Of a stretch of 64,000 nt of DNA, positions 33,616 to 43,581 are shown piece by piece. The first letter of the stretch is position 1. Each line of letters opens with the position of its first letter. The notes beneath the pieces are model-generated. The model saw nothing but the letters and a program-made list of their open reading frames with translations, searched no databases and was not told where the DNA came from. The translations under genes and the position numbers were made by a program. This DNA is from a bacterium (GTDB lineage Bacteria; Verrucomicrobiota; Verrucomicrobiia; Limisphaerales; J093): positions 7,575 through 71,574 of the forward strand of contig JAKANS010000002.1 of NCBI GenBank assembly GCA_021823625.1, given 5' to 3'.

Positions 33616-34344
33616 CTACGGAGCCGCCGCCATCGCGGGTGGTCCGGCGGTCCTCTGAAATTCCGGCACCGCTGCCTCAAGAAACCGTTTGGCGCGCTCC
33701 GCCGCCTGCGCCTCCTGACCGGCCGGGCAGCCCACGAAAGCGCTCACGTACGCCCAGCGCGGCAAGACACCGTGCCGCACCAAATCCCAGGTCAGCCAGC
33801 CGATCCGGCCCCAGTGGCTGGCCGTCAGCCGGTCCTGGGCCACGAACCAGAACATATAGACCGCGGTTTGCCGCACCTGTTGTCCGTTTTCCTGCTGGAC
33901 CAGCCGCCCGGCCGTGAATTCCCGCACCGGCAACGCGTAGCGGTGAGGCCGCTCCATGGGCACCGCGATGGTTTCCCGGTTCAGGATCTGCCACCCTTGC
34001 GAGGTAAGGCAGTACTCGGGTTTGTGGATGCTCGTCCGGTCGGTCCCCATCAACACCACGCTGAGCAAGACCTGGAAACCATCGGGGGCGCGGTAAAGGC
34101 GTCGCCCGAAACTCGTGTCTTTCGGCAGCACGTCCAACTCCAGCTTCGTGGGTTCGACGTTCGTCGAAACGAACTCGCCGACGCGCTCCGGCAGTTGGAT
34201 CGTGACCCGCAACCCATCGCCGGCCACGCAGCGCACGCCCGGCTCCCCGAGTCGCTGGCGGCCCTTCAGGTGCAGCAGCATCCCCGCACCGGCCGCGATC
34301 AAGACAAGGCCCGCGATCCCCACGTTCAGCCGCAAGCGCTTCAT
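33616..34344 (-). CDS. EpsI-family exosortase-associated protein
   Basis: The ATG at 34344 overlaps the exosortase stop (ATGA at 34341-34344). N-terminal TM (LNVGIAGLVLIAAGAGMLL). HKPEYCLTSQGW matches the H-(S/K)-P-E-x-C-L motif of EpsI, and YMFWFVAQDR is also present. The ORF track's longer version (to 34584) overlaps the exosortase and is rejected. Confidence 0.75.
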   Translation of the reverse strand: MKRLRLNVGIAGLVLIAAGAGMLLHLKGRQRLGEPGVRCVAGDGLRVTIQLPERVGEFVSTNVEPTKLELDVLPKDTSFGRRLYRAPDGFQVLLSVVLMGTDRTSIHKPEYCLTSQGWQILNRETIAVPMERPHRYALPVREFTAGRLVQQENGQQVRQTAVYMFWFVAQDRLTASHWGRIGWLTWDLVRHGVLPRWAYVSAFVGCPAGQEAQAAERAKRFLEAAVPEFQRTAGPPAMAAAP

Positions 34345-35312
34345 GCGATTTCCGGCGCCAATCCTCCTCCGCCGCTTCGGTTTTCCGGCTCGCGCAGCCA
34401 GTGCCCCACCACCAGCAACCCCCCCATCGCCAGGGCGAAGGTGACGAACCCGAACCATTCGTGAACGAACTCCCCGGCCCGGCGACCGAATGCCTCCGAG
34501 GCGACGATGATGGTGACCAACCGCAAGACATTGCCCGCCACGGCCAACGGCAGAGCCAGCGCGATGACCACCCCGCGCTTCCACGTACGCGAGAACGACA
34601 CGAAAGCATAAACCGTCGTCAGCACCAGCAACGTGATCAGGCTGTTAATGCCGCTGCAGGCGGCCGCCACCTCGTACTGGTAGGCACCTCTTGGATCGGC
34701 CAACTGCACCCCTTCCCGCAAAATCGGGATGCCCAGACCATGCCGAACCACCCCCACCGTAATGTCCGTCGAAAACTGCCGCAGCGGGATCGTGAGCGGC
34801 TCAGCCAACGCGCCCAGCGGCACGCAAAACACCATCAGCACGTACGGAAAGACGATCTCCCGGGCAACCCGCCAGCCCCAAACCGTGGCCACGATCGCGT
34901 AAAGGCCGAACACCAGGGCCACCACCGAAAGGCGCGGCTGCTGGACAATGTAGCCCAGCAGGTGGAGCCCCCCCGCCCCGGCCAGCCCGAACAGCCCCGG
35001 CCACCAGATGGCTGTGGAAATCACCCGCAATCGGTCGCGTTTCCACCACATCAGCCCCAACACCAAGAACGGGATCAAATTACCGTGGCCATCTTCCGAA
35101 CCGGGAGAGTTGTAGGCCGAGTTCAGCCACCCGAACAACGAGGGGGTGTCGATGTAGCCAAACGTCGAGTTTCCAAGGAACTGGAACCACGTCAGCCAGG
35201 CGATCGCCAGAGCGAAGAACAGTGGCTTTTCCGGAATGGAACGCCAGACCACCGGGAGATCCTCCCGGAGGTCGTCCAACGCCGTTCTGCCTGTTGCTGC
35301 GGTTTTGGCCAT
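34341..35312 (-). CDS. exosortase (XrtA-like family; subtype not determined)
   Basis: Polytopic membrane protein with the catalytic-Cys context EVAAACSGINSL, AGNVLRL (conserved Arg) and a late His (FVHEWFG). Typical length (323 aa). Confidence 0.8.
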   Translation of the reverse strand: MAKTAATGRTALDDLREDLPVVWRSIPEKPLFFALAIAWLTWFQFLGNSTFGYIDTPSLFGWLNSAYNSPGSEDGHGNLIPFLVLGLMWWKRDRLRVISTAIWWPGLFGLAGAGGLHLLGYIVQQPRLSVVALVFGLYAIVATVWGWRVAREIVFPYVLMVFCVPLGALAEPLTIPLRQFSTDITVGVVRHGLGIPILREGVQLADPRGAYQYEVAAACSGINSLITLLVLTTVYAFVSFSRTWKRGVVIALALPLAVAGNVLRLVTIIVASEAFGRRAGEFVHEWFGFVTFALAMGGLLVVGHWLREPENRSGGGGLAPEIA

Positions 35313-35426
35313 CTGAATAGCGGAAGCGCATCTGACTTGGAGATGCTGTCAATTACAACCCAAAAACGCTTGGAAGGGAGGAAAAGAGGGGCGCTCTTAA
35401 CAAAGGGGCAAGTTGTTGATGCGGTT

Positions 35427-35530
35427 GAAATCCGAAGGCCGAAGATCAGACCGCTTGGCGAACGGCCGTTGCGTCTCGGGGTTCGGATTTCGGATTCCTT
35501 TCGGGTTTCGGCTTTCGGGCTTCGGGTTTT
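35427..35530. repeat. heptanucleotide TTCGGAT-type repeat element, intergenic copy A, with an inverted partial copy
   Basis: 35474-35530 reads tctcggggttcggatttcggattcctttcgggtttcggctttcgggcttcgggtttt. An inverted partial copy gaaatccgaaggccgaag lies at 35427-35444. A GTCCCCAG/CTGGGGAC hairpin follows at 35531-35567. Confidence 0.7.
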
Positions 35531-35762
35531 GTCCCCAGAAACTTGAGGTCAGAGCAGCGCTGGGGACAAGGCTGGGTAGATCGTGACCCCGGTGGCAGGG
35601 AGAAGGCAAGGCGGCCTGATGGCGTCGGACGAGGTTGGGCGGACGCCATTAAAACCGCTCGCCGTCTGGCGCCGGAATCCTGCCGTGCGCCCAAAGCGCC
35701 GGCCGCGAAGGCGCGTCCCGCGACGCCCGGGGCGGGCGGGCTCCCCAACTCGGAGTTCCGGC

Positions 35763-38700
35763 TCAGTCTTCCGCGAACAGGTATTCGAGGTCGGCCTGCG
35801 TAAGGCTGCGGGCGAAGCCTTCCTCGCCCAGCACATCGGCGATCGTCTGGGCCTTGCTCTGCTGGAGCTCCCAGATCTTTTCCTCGACTGTGCCCGGCGC
35901 GATCAGGCGATAGGCGTTCACCGTCCGCGTCTGGCCGATGCGGTGGGTGCGGTCGATCGCCTGCGCTTCCACCGCCGGGTTCCACCACGGGTCGTAGAGC
36001 ACGACGTAGCTGGCGGTGGTGAGGTTCAGGCCGGTGCCGGCAGCGCGCAAGCTGAGCAGGAAGAGGCTGGGATTCGGGTCGTCGGAGAAGGCCTGGACGA
36101 CGTCCTGGCGGTTCTTGGTTTCGCCGGTGAGCAGGTGCGTGGGCAGGCTGCGCCGTTTACATTCGGCTTCGAGCAGCAGGAGCATCCGCACGAATTGGCT
36201 GAAGACGAGGACCTTTTGCCCTTCTTCGAGCAACGGCTCGATGAGTTCGAAGAGCGTCTCGGTCTTGCCGGACCCGCAATCGCTGCCGACCAGCGAGGGG
36301 TGGCAGCAGATTTGGCGCAGGCGCGTGAGCGCGGCCAGAACCTGGAGTTTGCTGCGCGAGAGGCCTTTTTCCTGGACGGTCTGAAGCACCTGCTCGCGGC
36401 TGCGGCGCAGCTCGGCGAGGTAAAGTTTGCGTTGCTCGTCCACGAGCTCGCAGTCGCGGCGTTCCTCGATGCGGTCAGGCAGATCTTTGGCCACCTGCTT
36501 TTTGAGGCGGCGCAGCATGATCGGGCGGAGCTTGGCGGAAAGCTTCCGCCGCGCCATCCGCTGGTTCCACTCGGCGTTCTCGCCGGCCGGCTCGTAAACG
36601 TCGTGGAACTGCTGCTGCGTGCCGAGGTAAGTGGGCTGGACGAAGTCCACGATGCTCCAGAGGTCGAGCAGGCGGTTTTCGAGCGGGGTGCCGGTGAGGG
36701 CGAGCCGGTGGTCGGCCACGAGTTGCTTGACCGACTGGCTGACTTGGGCGGACGGGTTCTTGATGAACTGCGCCTCGTCCAGAATTACGGCGCGGAAGGA
36801 GAATTTCTTGAGCGCCTCGAGGTCGCGCCGGAGCAACGCGTAGTTGGTGACGATGATGTCGTATTGCGGGATCTGTTTGCGGAGGTTGTGCCGCGCCGGG
36901 CCGCTTTCGAGCACGAGCACCTTCAACGAGGGCGTAAACTTCTCCGCCTCGCGCCGCCAGTTGTGCAGCACCGAGGCGGGGCAGATGACCAGCACAGGCT
37001 TGTGTTTCCGGGCGTGTTGCTCCTTGAGCCAGGCCAGCCAGGCGAGGGTTTGCAGCGTTTTGCCCAGGCCCATGTCGTCCGCGAGCAGGCCGCCCAGTTT
37101 GACCCGCGCCAGATGGCAGAGGAAATCGAAGCCCTCCTTTTGATAGGGTCGCAGCTCCGCCTGGATGCCCGCGGGCAAGGCCACGGAGTTGACGCCCTGG
37201 AAGTTGGCCAGACGCTCGCGCAACGCCTGCGCCTCGGGCAGGTCGGCGAAGCGCTTGAGGCCTTCCTCGCCCAGGTGGACCGCCTGCACCATGTCCACTT
37301 TTTGGGGCAGCGCGGAGAGGGTTTCGAGGCCGAGATCGGCCATCGTTTCGTGGGCTTGCTGCACGGCGCCGAGGTCGAGCTGCACCCAGCCGCTGTCCGG
37401 CAGCTTCACGAAGCGCGCCGTGGCGGCGGCGAGGCATTCGAGGTCGGCCTTCGTGAGTTTCAACCCTTCCTGTTCCCACGCGGCGGACACGGCGAACCAG
37501 TCGATGCCGCTGCCCTGGACGATGATCTTCGGTTTGAGCTGGCGGGGTTGCAGGAAGAGGCGTTGGAAGGCGGAGTTGGCCAGGTAATCCGCCTGGTCCG
37601 GCCGGTCCGGCCAGACGAGGGAGAGCGAACTCAGGAAGGAGTCGTTCGCGTCGCCCACCCAAAGGCCCGGCTCGGGCGTGAACCAGTCGAGCCGGCGCAG
37701 CCACTGCGCGGCCAGATCGAGGCGCGGGTCGTCGAGGATTTCCGGCTTGTCCACGAGTTTCGGCGGCGGCTCGGACGGCTGCCACTCGTGGCCATTCCAT
37801 TGCCAGTGGCGCTGGTCGCGGTCGCTCACGGCCACCAGCCGGAGGCGCACGGTTTCATCTTCGAGTTCGAAGATGAACTGCGGTCGCGCAGTGTGGGCGA
37901 GGCAGAGGCTTTCCCAGTCCGAACCGTTGCGCGATCCGATCTTGCGCAGGTGCGTGAGCAGGCGGTGGCTCAGCTTGCGCACCGGCACGCCAGGTTCCTG
38001 GACCAGGGTCGCCAGGAGCGCGGGCGACGGCGCGTTGCGGAGCAGGTAAAAGGTTTGGTGCACCGCCACCAACGGCGGCACGCCGGCGAAGAACCGCACG
38101 TCGGCGAGTTTGAATTCCTGGTCGCCCGGCAGCTTCAGCCGCTGGACGAAGGACAGTTCGCGGTCGCCGTTTTCCAGGTGCGGGGCGAACTCGGCCATTT
38201 GACCGGCGAAGAAGAGGTTCTCCGGCCGGCCGGCCCATTCCATCCAGGGCGGGTTGCCCCAGCGGGCCAGCCATTGGAGCAGATCGAGACCGCAGAGCCT
38301 CAGCAGTTCGCCGTCCAGACTGCGCTGGCCATAAGTTTCGCCCAACCAAAGGAGGAAATCCCAGTCGCGCGGGGCGAAGAGTTCCCGTTCGTGGACCGCG
38401 CGTGTGGTGAGCTCGATCAACTCCGGGGCGGTGCGCGGTTTCTCGCCGGAGCGCGGCCGGAACAGCGTGAACTCGATGCCGAGATCGTGCAGGCCCGGCT
38501 CGTTTTCACGCGGCAAGGCCCGGGCGATCACGCGCAGGTGGGCGCGGGGCGAATCAAGATGCGCGACCTGGGGCGGCAGCAACCACTGCTCGAGCGCCCG
38601 GATGCGCTTCTGTTCCTGCTCGGCCTGCTCGATTTCGGCGAGGCGGTCGAAGTTGGCGTAGCCCGTCAGTTCGTTCGGCAGCGGGCGGTTGTTGCGCAGG

Positions 38701-39023
38701 AAGAGCAGCGCGGTTTCCTCGAGGCGCGTGCGCCCGGCGGCCGCCAGCAGCCGTGGCCACCAGTCGTTGCCGGCAAAATCCTTCCGCGCCAGCAGCAGCT
38801 TGCTGAAGTAATCCTCAAGCAGGAGCCACGCGCGTTGCGAGTCCTGGCACTCGGCGAAAAGCTCCAGCAACTGCTTGCGCTCCTCGACCGCGGCCCGCGA
38901 ATCCGCGAGTTCGCGGCGCAGATCCGCGAAGGCCCCGTAGGCCGTCTTGAGCGCGGTGTGGTTCGCGTCGTACTTGTTCACCTGCGCCGGTCGCGGCGCG
39001 CTGGCATGGCGAATTCTGGGCAT
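35763..39023 (-). CDS. SNF2-family DNA-dependent ATPase/helicase (1086 aa)
   Basis: LRPYQKEGFDFL, LADDMGLGKTLQ (motif I), ILDEAQFIKN (motif II), LTGTPLENR, VLVFSQF, and the C-terminal helicase motif YDPWWNPAVEAQAIDRTHRIGQ. The N-terminal part (about 540 aa) has no recognised motif. Confidence 0.85.
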   Translation of the reverse strand: MPRIRHASAPRPAQVNKYDANHTALKTAYGAFADLRRELADSRAAVEERKQLLELFAECQDSQRAWLLLEDYFSKLLLARKDFAGNDWWPRLLAAAGRTRLEETALLFLRNNRPLPNELTGYANFDRLAEIEQAEQEQKRIRALEQWLLPPQVAHLDSPRAHLRVIARALPRENEPGLHDLGIEFTLFRPRSGEKPRTAPELIELTTRAVHERELFAPRDWDFLLWLGETYGQRSLDGELLRLCGLDLLQWLARWGNPPWMEWAGRPENLFFAGQMAEFAPHLENGDRELSFVQRLKLPGDQEFKLADVRFFAGVPPLVAVHQTFYLLRNAPSPALLATLVQEPGVPVRKLSHRLLTHLRKIGSRNGSDWESLCLAHTARPQFIFELEDETVRLRLVAVSDRDQRHWQWNGHEWQPSEPPPKLVDKPEILDDPRLDLAAQWLRRLDWFTPEPGLWVGDANDSFLSSLSLVWPDRPDQADYLANSAFQRLFLQPRQLKPKIIVQGSGIDWFAVSAAWEQEGLKLTKADLECLAAATARFVKLPDSGWVQLDLGAVQQAHETMADLGLETLSALPQKVDMVQAVHLGEEGLKRFADLPEAQALRERLANFQGVNSVALPAGIQAELRPYQKEGFDFLCHLARVKLGGLLADDMGLGKTLQTLAWLAWLKEQHARKHKPVLVICPASVLHNWRREAEKFTPSLKVLVLESGPARHNLRKQIPQYDIIVTNYALLRRDLEALKKFSFRAVILDEAQFIKNPSAQVSQSVKQLVADHRLALTGTPLENRLLDLWSIVDFVQPTYLGTQQQFHDVYEPAGENAEWNQRMARRKLSAKLRPIMLRRLKKQVAKDLPDRIEERRDCELVDEQRKLYLAELRRSREQVLQTVQEKGLSRSKLQVLAALTRLRQICCHPSLVGSDCGSGKTETLFELIEPLLEEGQKVLVFSQFVRMLLLLEAECKRRSLPTHLLTGETKNRQDVVQAFSDDPNPSLFLLSLRAAGTGLNLTTASYVVLYDPWWNPAVEAQAIDRTHRIGQTRTVNAYRLIAPGTVEEKIWELQQSKAQTIADVLGEEGFARSLTQADLEYLFAED

Positions 39024-39275
39024 CGAGCTAAGGGTCGAAAACAGTCATCATCCATTATGTCCGCACGAGGCGGCGCGCCCGGTCAATCGGAAAACGCACT
39101 TCTTCGGGCGCGGAACGGGATGGCGTCAGGGCATTCCGCATGACCCTCATTCTCGTACGGGAAGGGCCCCGGTTTGACAACCTCTTTCCCAATTTTTGCG
39201 GTTTTTTCGGCGGCCGCGGGAATGGGCATTGCCTGCGGCGCAGCCGGACCGCAAAATGCTGTCTCCGCGGTCGCG

Positions 39276-40604
39276 ATGCGCACACTCTACAACATTCTGT
39301 TCCTGGTCGGATTCATCCTCACGTCGCCGTATTATTTCTTGAAAATGTGGCGGCGCGGAAACTGGCGGGAGGGTTTCGGCGAGCGTTTCGGCCGGTACGG
39401 TTCACGGATCAAGGTCGCGATCACCAACCGCCACATGCTCTGGCTCCACGCGGTGAGCGTCGGCGAGGTGAACCTCTGCCTGCAACTCATTCGCGCCCTC
39501 GAACCGCGGGTGCCCAACCTGAAGATCATCGTCTCCACCACCACCTCCACCGGCATGGGCGAACTTCAGCAGAAGCTCCCGGCCCACGTCGCCAAGATCT
39601 ACTACCCGGTGGACCTGCGACGGTGCGTGTCGCGGGCCTTGAAGACGCTGCACCCGGAGGCGGTGGTGCTCGTGGAGGCGGAAATCTGGCCGAATTTTCT
39701 GTGGAGCCTCCGCTCGCGCGGCACGCCGGCTTTCCTGGTCAACGCCCGGCTCTCCGAGCGGTCGTACCGCGGCTACAAGCGGTTTGGGTTTCTGTTCCGT
39801 CCGCTCTTCGCCAGCCTGGCGGGCGTCGGCGCCCAAAGCGACGCCGACGCCGCGCGGTTGATCGAACTCGGGTGCCGGCCGGAGGTGGTGCAGGTGTTGG
39901 GCAGCCTCAAGTTCGACACCGCGAAGGTGGACGAGCGCCGCCTGCTGGACGTGGCGGCGTTGCTGCGCCAGCTTGGCGTGCCCGAAGGCGCCCCGATCCT
40001 GCTGGGTGGCAGCACCCACGCGGGCGAGGAAGCGATCCTGGCGGATGTCTTCCTGCGCCTGCGCGCGCGGTTCCCCGAGCTGTTTCTGGTGCTGGTGCCG
40101 CGGCATTTCGAGCGCGGCAAGGAGGTCGGCGCGGAACTGACCCAACGCGGCCTCAAGTTCATTTACCGCCGCGTGATCACCGCCGCCACGCAGTTCGCGC
40201 CAGGTTCGCTCCAGGCGCTGGTCGTCAACACCACCGGCGAGCTGAAGTATTTCTACGAGGAAGCCACCGTCATTTTCGTGGGCAAAAGCCTCACGGCCGA
40301 AGGTGGCCAAAACCCCATCGAGCCGGGCGCGCTGGGCAAGGCGATGGTCTTCGGTCCGAACATGCAGAACTTCCCCGAGATTGCCCCGCGGTTTGTGCAG
40401 GAAGGCGGCGCGGTCCAGGTGCGTGACGCCGCTGAACTGGAGCGGGCGATCGCCGGGTTGCTGGCCGACCCCGCGCGACGCGAGTCGCTCGGCAAAAACG
40501 CCCAGCGCGTGGTCCGAACCAGCAGCGGCGCGCTCGAACGCACGGTGGAATTGATCGTGCACGAACTGCCGGCGGACGAAACTTACGTGGCGCCGCTGGG
40601 CTGA
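39276..40604 (+). CDS. waaA: 3-deoxy-D-manno-octulosonic acid (Kdo) transferase
   Basis: N-terminal TM MRTLYNILFLVGFILTSPYYF, WLHAVSVGEV, EAEIWPNF, GGSTHAGEE, GGQNPIEPGALGKAMVFGP. The ATG at 39276 is preferred over the ORF-track start at 39174. Confidence 0.85.
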   Translation: MRTLYNILFLVGFILTSPYYFLKMWRRGNWREGFGERFGRYGSRIKVAITNRHMLWLHAVSVGEVNLCLQLIRALEPRVPNLKIIVSTTTSTGMGELQQKLPAHVAKIYYPVDLRRCVSRALKTLHPEAVVLVEAEIWPNFLWSLRSRGTPAFLVNARLSERSYRGYKRFGFLFRPLFASLAGVGAQSDADAARLIELGCRPEVVQVLGSLKFDTAKVDERRLLDVAALLRQLGVPEGAPILLGGSTHAGEEAILADVFLRLRARFPELFLVLVPRHFERGKEVGAELTQRGLKFIYRRVITAATQFAPGSLQALVVNTTGELKYFYEEATVIFVGKSLTAEGGQNPIEPGALGKAMVFGPNMQNFPEIAPRFVQEGGAVQVRDAAELERAIAGLLADPARRESLGKNAQRVVRTSSGALERTVELIVHELPADETYVAPLG

Positions 40605-40607
40605 ACG

Positions 40608-41630
40608 TCACTTCTCGCCCAGCAAGACCTTCCGCGCTTCCGCTGCCGGGCTGGCACCGGTCCGCTTCTGCAAGGTGTAGGTGTTCGTGCGCTCGATCTG
40701 GTCGCCGATGCGGAGCGTCTGCAGCGGCCCGAGCGTCTCCAACTCCACGTACTTTTTGGGGTCGCCGTTGGTCCAGACCTCGGCGCTCGCGCCGCCATCC
40801 GGGAATTCGCCACCCGCCTCGCGCGGCGACTCGATCAGCACCATCTGCCGCTCCCCCACCCAGAGCAGCGCGCTGGCGTCGTTGCCGATCTTCTCGCCGC
40901 TGTCAGTCTTGCGACGCAGCGAAACCAGGCCGTCCTCGACCTTCAAATCCAGCGGCGTGGCGGCGGACTGGTTGGTGTAGCCTTTCGCGAACGGCGAGTT
41001 TTTCGGCACCGGCAGGAAGACCGCGACCGGGTCTTTCAACTGGGTGATGACCCACACGCCCACCTTGACTGGCTCGCCCGCGACCTTGTGGTAGATCGTG
41101 CGAATGCGCATCACCGGCCGGTTGGGATCGAGCTCGATGTAACGCTCGGTGCGGATGCCATAATGCGGATCGACGACCGACCGCAGCACCACGCCGCGCC
41201 CTTCGACCCTGACCATGACCGGCATCGAGTCGAACGCCGACGGGGGCGGCCACGCGCGTTTCGCGACCTTGCCCCAGTCGGCTTGCGGCGCCGGCCAGGT
41301 CTTGTCGCCGCCGAAGTTGATCCAATCCTTCGCTTCCGGGTCAGGCGGTGTGCCGTACAAGGCGGGGTCTTCCCAAAACGGCGTTTCTTCGCCCACGAAC
41401 CGGAACTGCATCACGCGCCCGACGAGCGGCACGACCACCGCCTCGACCTGGCCGTTGCTCAGGAGGTAGGAGCCGGGCCAGCCTTCGTACCGGATACGCT
41501 GGGGCGCGGGCGCTTCGCCCGCCTGGCCGCAGCCGCAAATCAAAGTTCCCAGCAACAAAAGCGTGGCGGCGGCCCAGCGAACCGACTCGCCGGGCAGCCA
41601 ACCGCCACTCAAAGAGACTTCAGCGTTCAT
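40608..41630 (-). CDS. lipoprotein, DUF4380-like (aldose-epimerase-like fold?)
   Basis: 340-aa ORF with signal plus Cys (LLLLGTLICGCGQ). INFGGDKTWPAPQ and similar strings recall DUF4380. Its stop is only 3 nt from the convergent waaA stop. Confidence 0.5.
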   Translation of the reverse strand: MNAEVSLSGGWLPGESVRWAAATLLLLGTLICGCGQAGEAPAPQRIRYEGWPGSYLLSNGQVEAVVVPLVGRVMQFRFVGEETPFWEDPALYGTPPDPEAKDWINFGGDKTWPAPQADWGKVAKRAWPPPSAFDSMPVMVRVEGRGVVLRSVVDPHYGIRTERYIELDPNRPVMRIRTIYHKVAGEPVKVGVWVITQLKDPVAVFLPVPKNSPFAKGYTNQSAATPLDLKVEDGLVSLRRKTDSGEKIGNDASALLWVGERQMVLIESPREAGGEFPDGGASAEVWTNGDPKKYVELETLGPLQTLRIGDQIERTNTYTLQKRTGASPAAEARKVLLGEK

Positions 41631-41846
41631 AGAATGCCCGCAGGCTAGGAGGTGGTCCGGGACGGCGCAAGTCCGGGGCTTTGCCGTGCACCCGCTTGGC
41701 GCCAGCCAGGTTCATGGCTTGCCTGGCCGATCCGTTCGCCCACAAGATGCGTTCGCCTTGATGCACCCTCCGTGCTTTCCCAGGCAAACGCTCCAGGATG
41801 AGAGTGTACGCGGCCCGCGCGCCTGAGTTCGCGAAGTCGAAACGGC

Positions 41847-42725
41847 GTGACGCCGCGAGGCGGTGAGTCCGGACGGGGCGTTGTTTTTGTGGCGAAACCA
41901 AATTACATCGAACTCGGCGACGGCACGCGCATTCCGATCCTGTACGAGGATCGCGCGACGCTCGCGATCGACAAACCGGCCGGCTGGCTGCTCGTTCCCG
42001 CGCACTGGCGGCAGACCAGTCGCAACCTCCAGGCGGCGATCGAGTCCGACCTCTTCACCCGCGCGTTTTGGGCGCGCGCGCGCAATCTCCAGTTCCTCCG
42101 CTACGTGCACCGCCTCGACGCCGAGACCAGCGGCGTGCTGTTGATGGCGAAAAGCCACGGCGCGCTCAGTGTTCTGAGCCAGATGTTCGAGGCGCGCGCC
42201 GTCGAGAAACGCTACCTCGCCGTCGTTCGCGGCCGACCCGCCGAGCCGGCCTGGGCGTGCCGCCTGCCGCTCGCGAGCGATCCCGAGCGACCGGACTCCG
42301 CCCGCGTGGACCCACACGGCGGCAAGCCCGCCGAAACTGTGTTTCGGATGATCGCGAGTCGCCTCGATGCAAAATGGGGCGAACTGACCTTGCTCGAAGC
42401 GCGACCGCTGACGGGGCGCACCCATCAAATCCGTGTCCACCTCGCCGCCGGTGGCAACCCGGTGCTGGGCGACACCGCTTACGCCACCGCCCCCAACCGA
42501 TCCGCACCTCCCGAAGCGCTGCCCCGTGCCCGCACGCAACCCGGCCGCACCCCCGCGCGAAAAAGTGCGTCGCCGACCGCCGCCGCGCGCCCGCTCACAA
42601 TGGCGCTCCGCTCGGTCGCCCTGGCCTACACCGACCCGTTCACGCAGCGACGGGTGCGCATCGCCGCGCCGTGGCACGAATTCGTGGCCGGTTACGGCTT
42701 CGCCGGCGTGGACTTCACCTTGTAA
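41847..42725 (+). CDS. RluA-family pseudouridine synthase
   Basis: AIDKPAGWL, HRLDAETSGVLLMAKS (catalytic Asp), RYLAVVRG, TGRTHQIRVHLA. GTG start. A low-complexity insert of about 40 aa precedes the last conserved block. Confidence 0.8.
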   Translation: MTPRGGESGRGVVFVAKPNYIELGDGTRIPILYEDRATLAIDKPAGWLLVPAHWRQTSRNLQAAIESDLFTRAFWARARNLQFLRYVHRLDAETSGVLLMAKSHGALSVLSQMFEARAVEKRYLAVVRGRPAEPAWACRLPLASDPERPDSARVDPHGGKPAETVFRMIASRLDAKWGELTLLEARPLTGRTHQIRVHLAAGGNPVLGDTAYATAPNRSAPPEALPRARTQPGRTPARKSASPTAAARPLTMALRSVALAYTDPFTQRRVRIAAPWHEFVAGYGFAGVDFTL

Positions 42726-42783
42726 CGCTCCCCGGCGATTTCGGATTTGCGACCCCGCCGGCCGGCGGCAGTGTCTTGCCCGC

Positions 42784-43551
42784 ATGAGTGTGACTCTGGA
42801 AGTGACTTTCGCACCCGCGGAATTCGACGCCCTGGCGCGGCGCGATTTGAGCGGCGCGGTGTGCGTGGTCTTCGATGTCTTGCGCGCGACCAGTTCCATG
42901 ACCGCCGCGCTGGCCAATGGCGCACGTGAGATCGTTCCACTGGCCGACATCCCCGCCGCGGTGGCGTTGCGGCGCGCGCGCCCAGAGGTGTTGCTCGCCG
43001 GCGAGCGCAACGGTCTGCGCATCCGCGCCGACCTGACCGGCAGCGTGGATTTCGATCTGGGCAACTCGCCGCGTGAATTCACGCCGGAGCGCGTGCGCGG
43101 CCGCAGTCTCGCCATGACCACCACCAACGGCACCCGCGCGCTCCGCGCCTGTGCCGGGGCGCTGCGCATCCTGGTGGGCGGGTTCGTGAACCTCGGCGCG
43201 GTGGTGCGGGTGATCGAGCGGCAGCGCCCGGCGCAATTGATTCTGGTGGGCAGCGGCACGCTGGAACAGGCCGCCTTCGAAGACACGCTGGCCGCGGGCG
43301 CGCTGGTGGACGTCCTCTGGCCGTTGTACGCGAACGGGCAGGTCGCGGACTCGGCACCGATCGCGCGCCATTTGTACCGCCGGTTCGCGAACGACGTACC
43401 CGCCGCGCTGGCGTTGGGACGAAACGGACGACGCCTGCTGGCGCAGCCGGAGTTGCACGAAGACGTCGCCTTCTGCGCGCAGCGGGACGTCTTCGATCTG
43501 GTCGGCGAACTCCAAACCGACGGTGCGGTGCGGCTTTGCTCTGAGAAGTAA
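42784..43551 (+). CDS. comB: 2-phosphosulfolactate phosphatase (ComB) family protein
   Basis: ATG at 42784. VFDVLRATSSMTAALANGA, GERNG, MTTTNGTRAL and FEDTLAAGAL are typical of the ComB family. The ORF-track 5' extension (42433-42783) overlaps rluA and is rejected. Confidence 0.7.
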   Translation: MSVTLEVTFAPAEFDALARRDLSGAVCVVFDVLRATSSMTAALANGAREIVPLADIPAAVALRRARPEVLLAGERNGLRIRADLTGSVDFDLGNSPREFTPERVRGRSLAMTTTNGTRALRACAGALRILVGGFVNLGAVVRVIERQRPAQLILVGSGTLEQAAFEDTLAAGALVDVLWPLYANGQVADSAPIARHLYRRFANDVPAALALGRNGRRLLAQPELHEDVAFCAQRDVFDLVGELQTDGAVRLCSEK

Positions 43552-43581
43552 TGCAGGCGAGCTTCAGCCTGATAACTTTAG

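Noticed and set aside
33616-34584. The long 322-aa version of the EpsI ORF and the 310-aa ORF at 33677-34609.
   Set aside because: The 5' 240 nt overlap the exosortase gene in another frame and encode Arg/Gly-rich junk. The ATG at 34344, which overlaps the exosortase stop and is followed by a TM helix, is the credible start.
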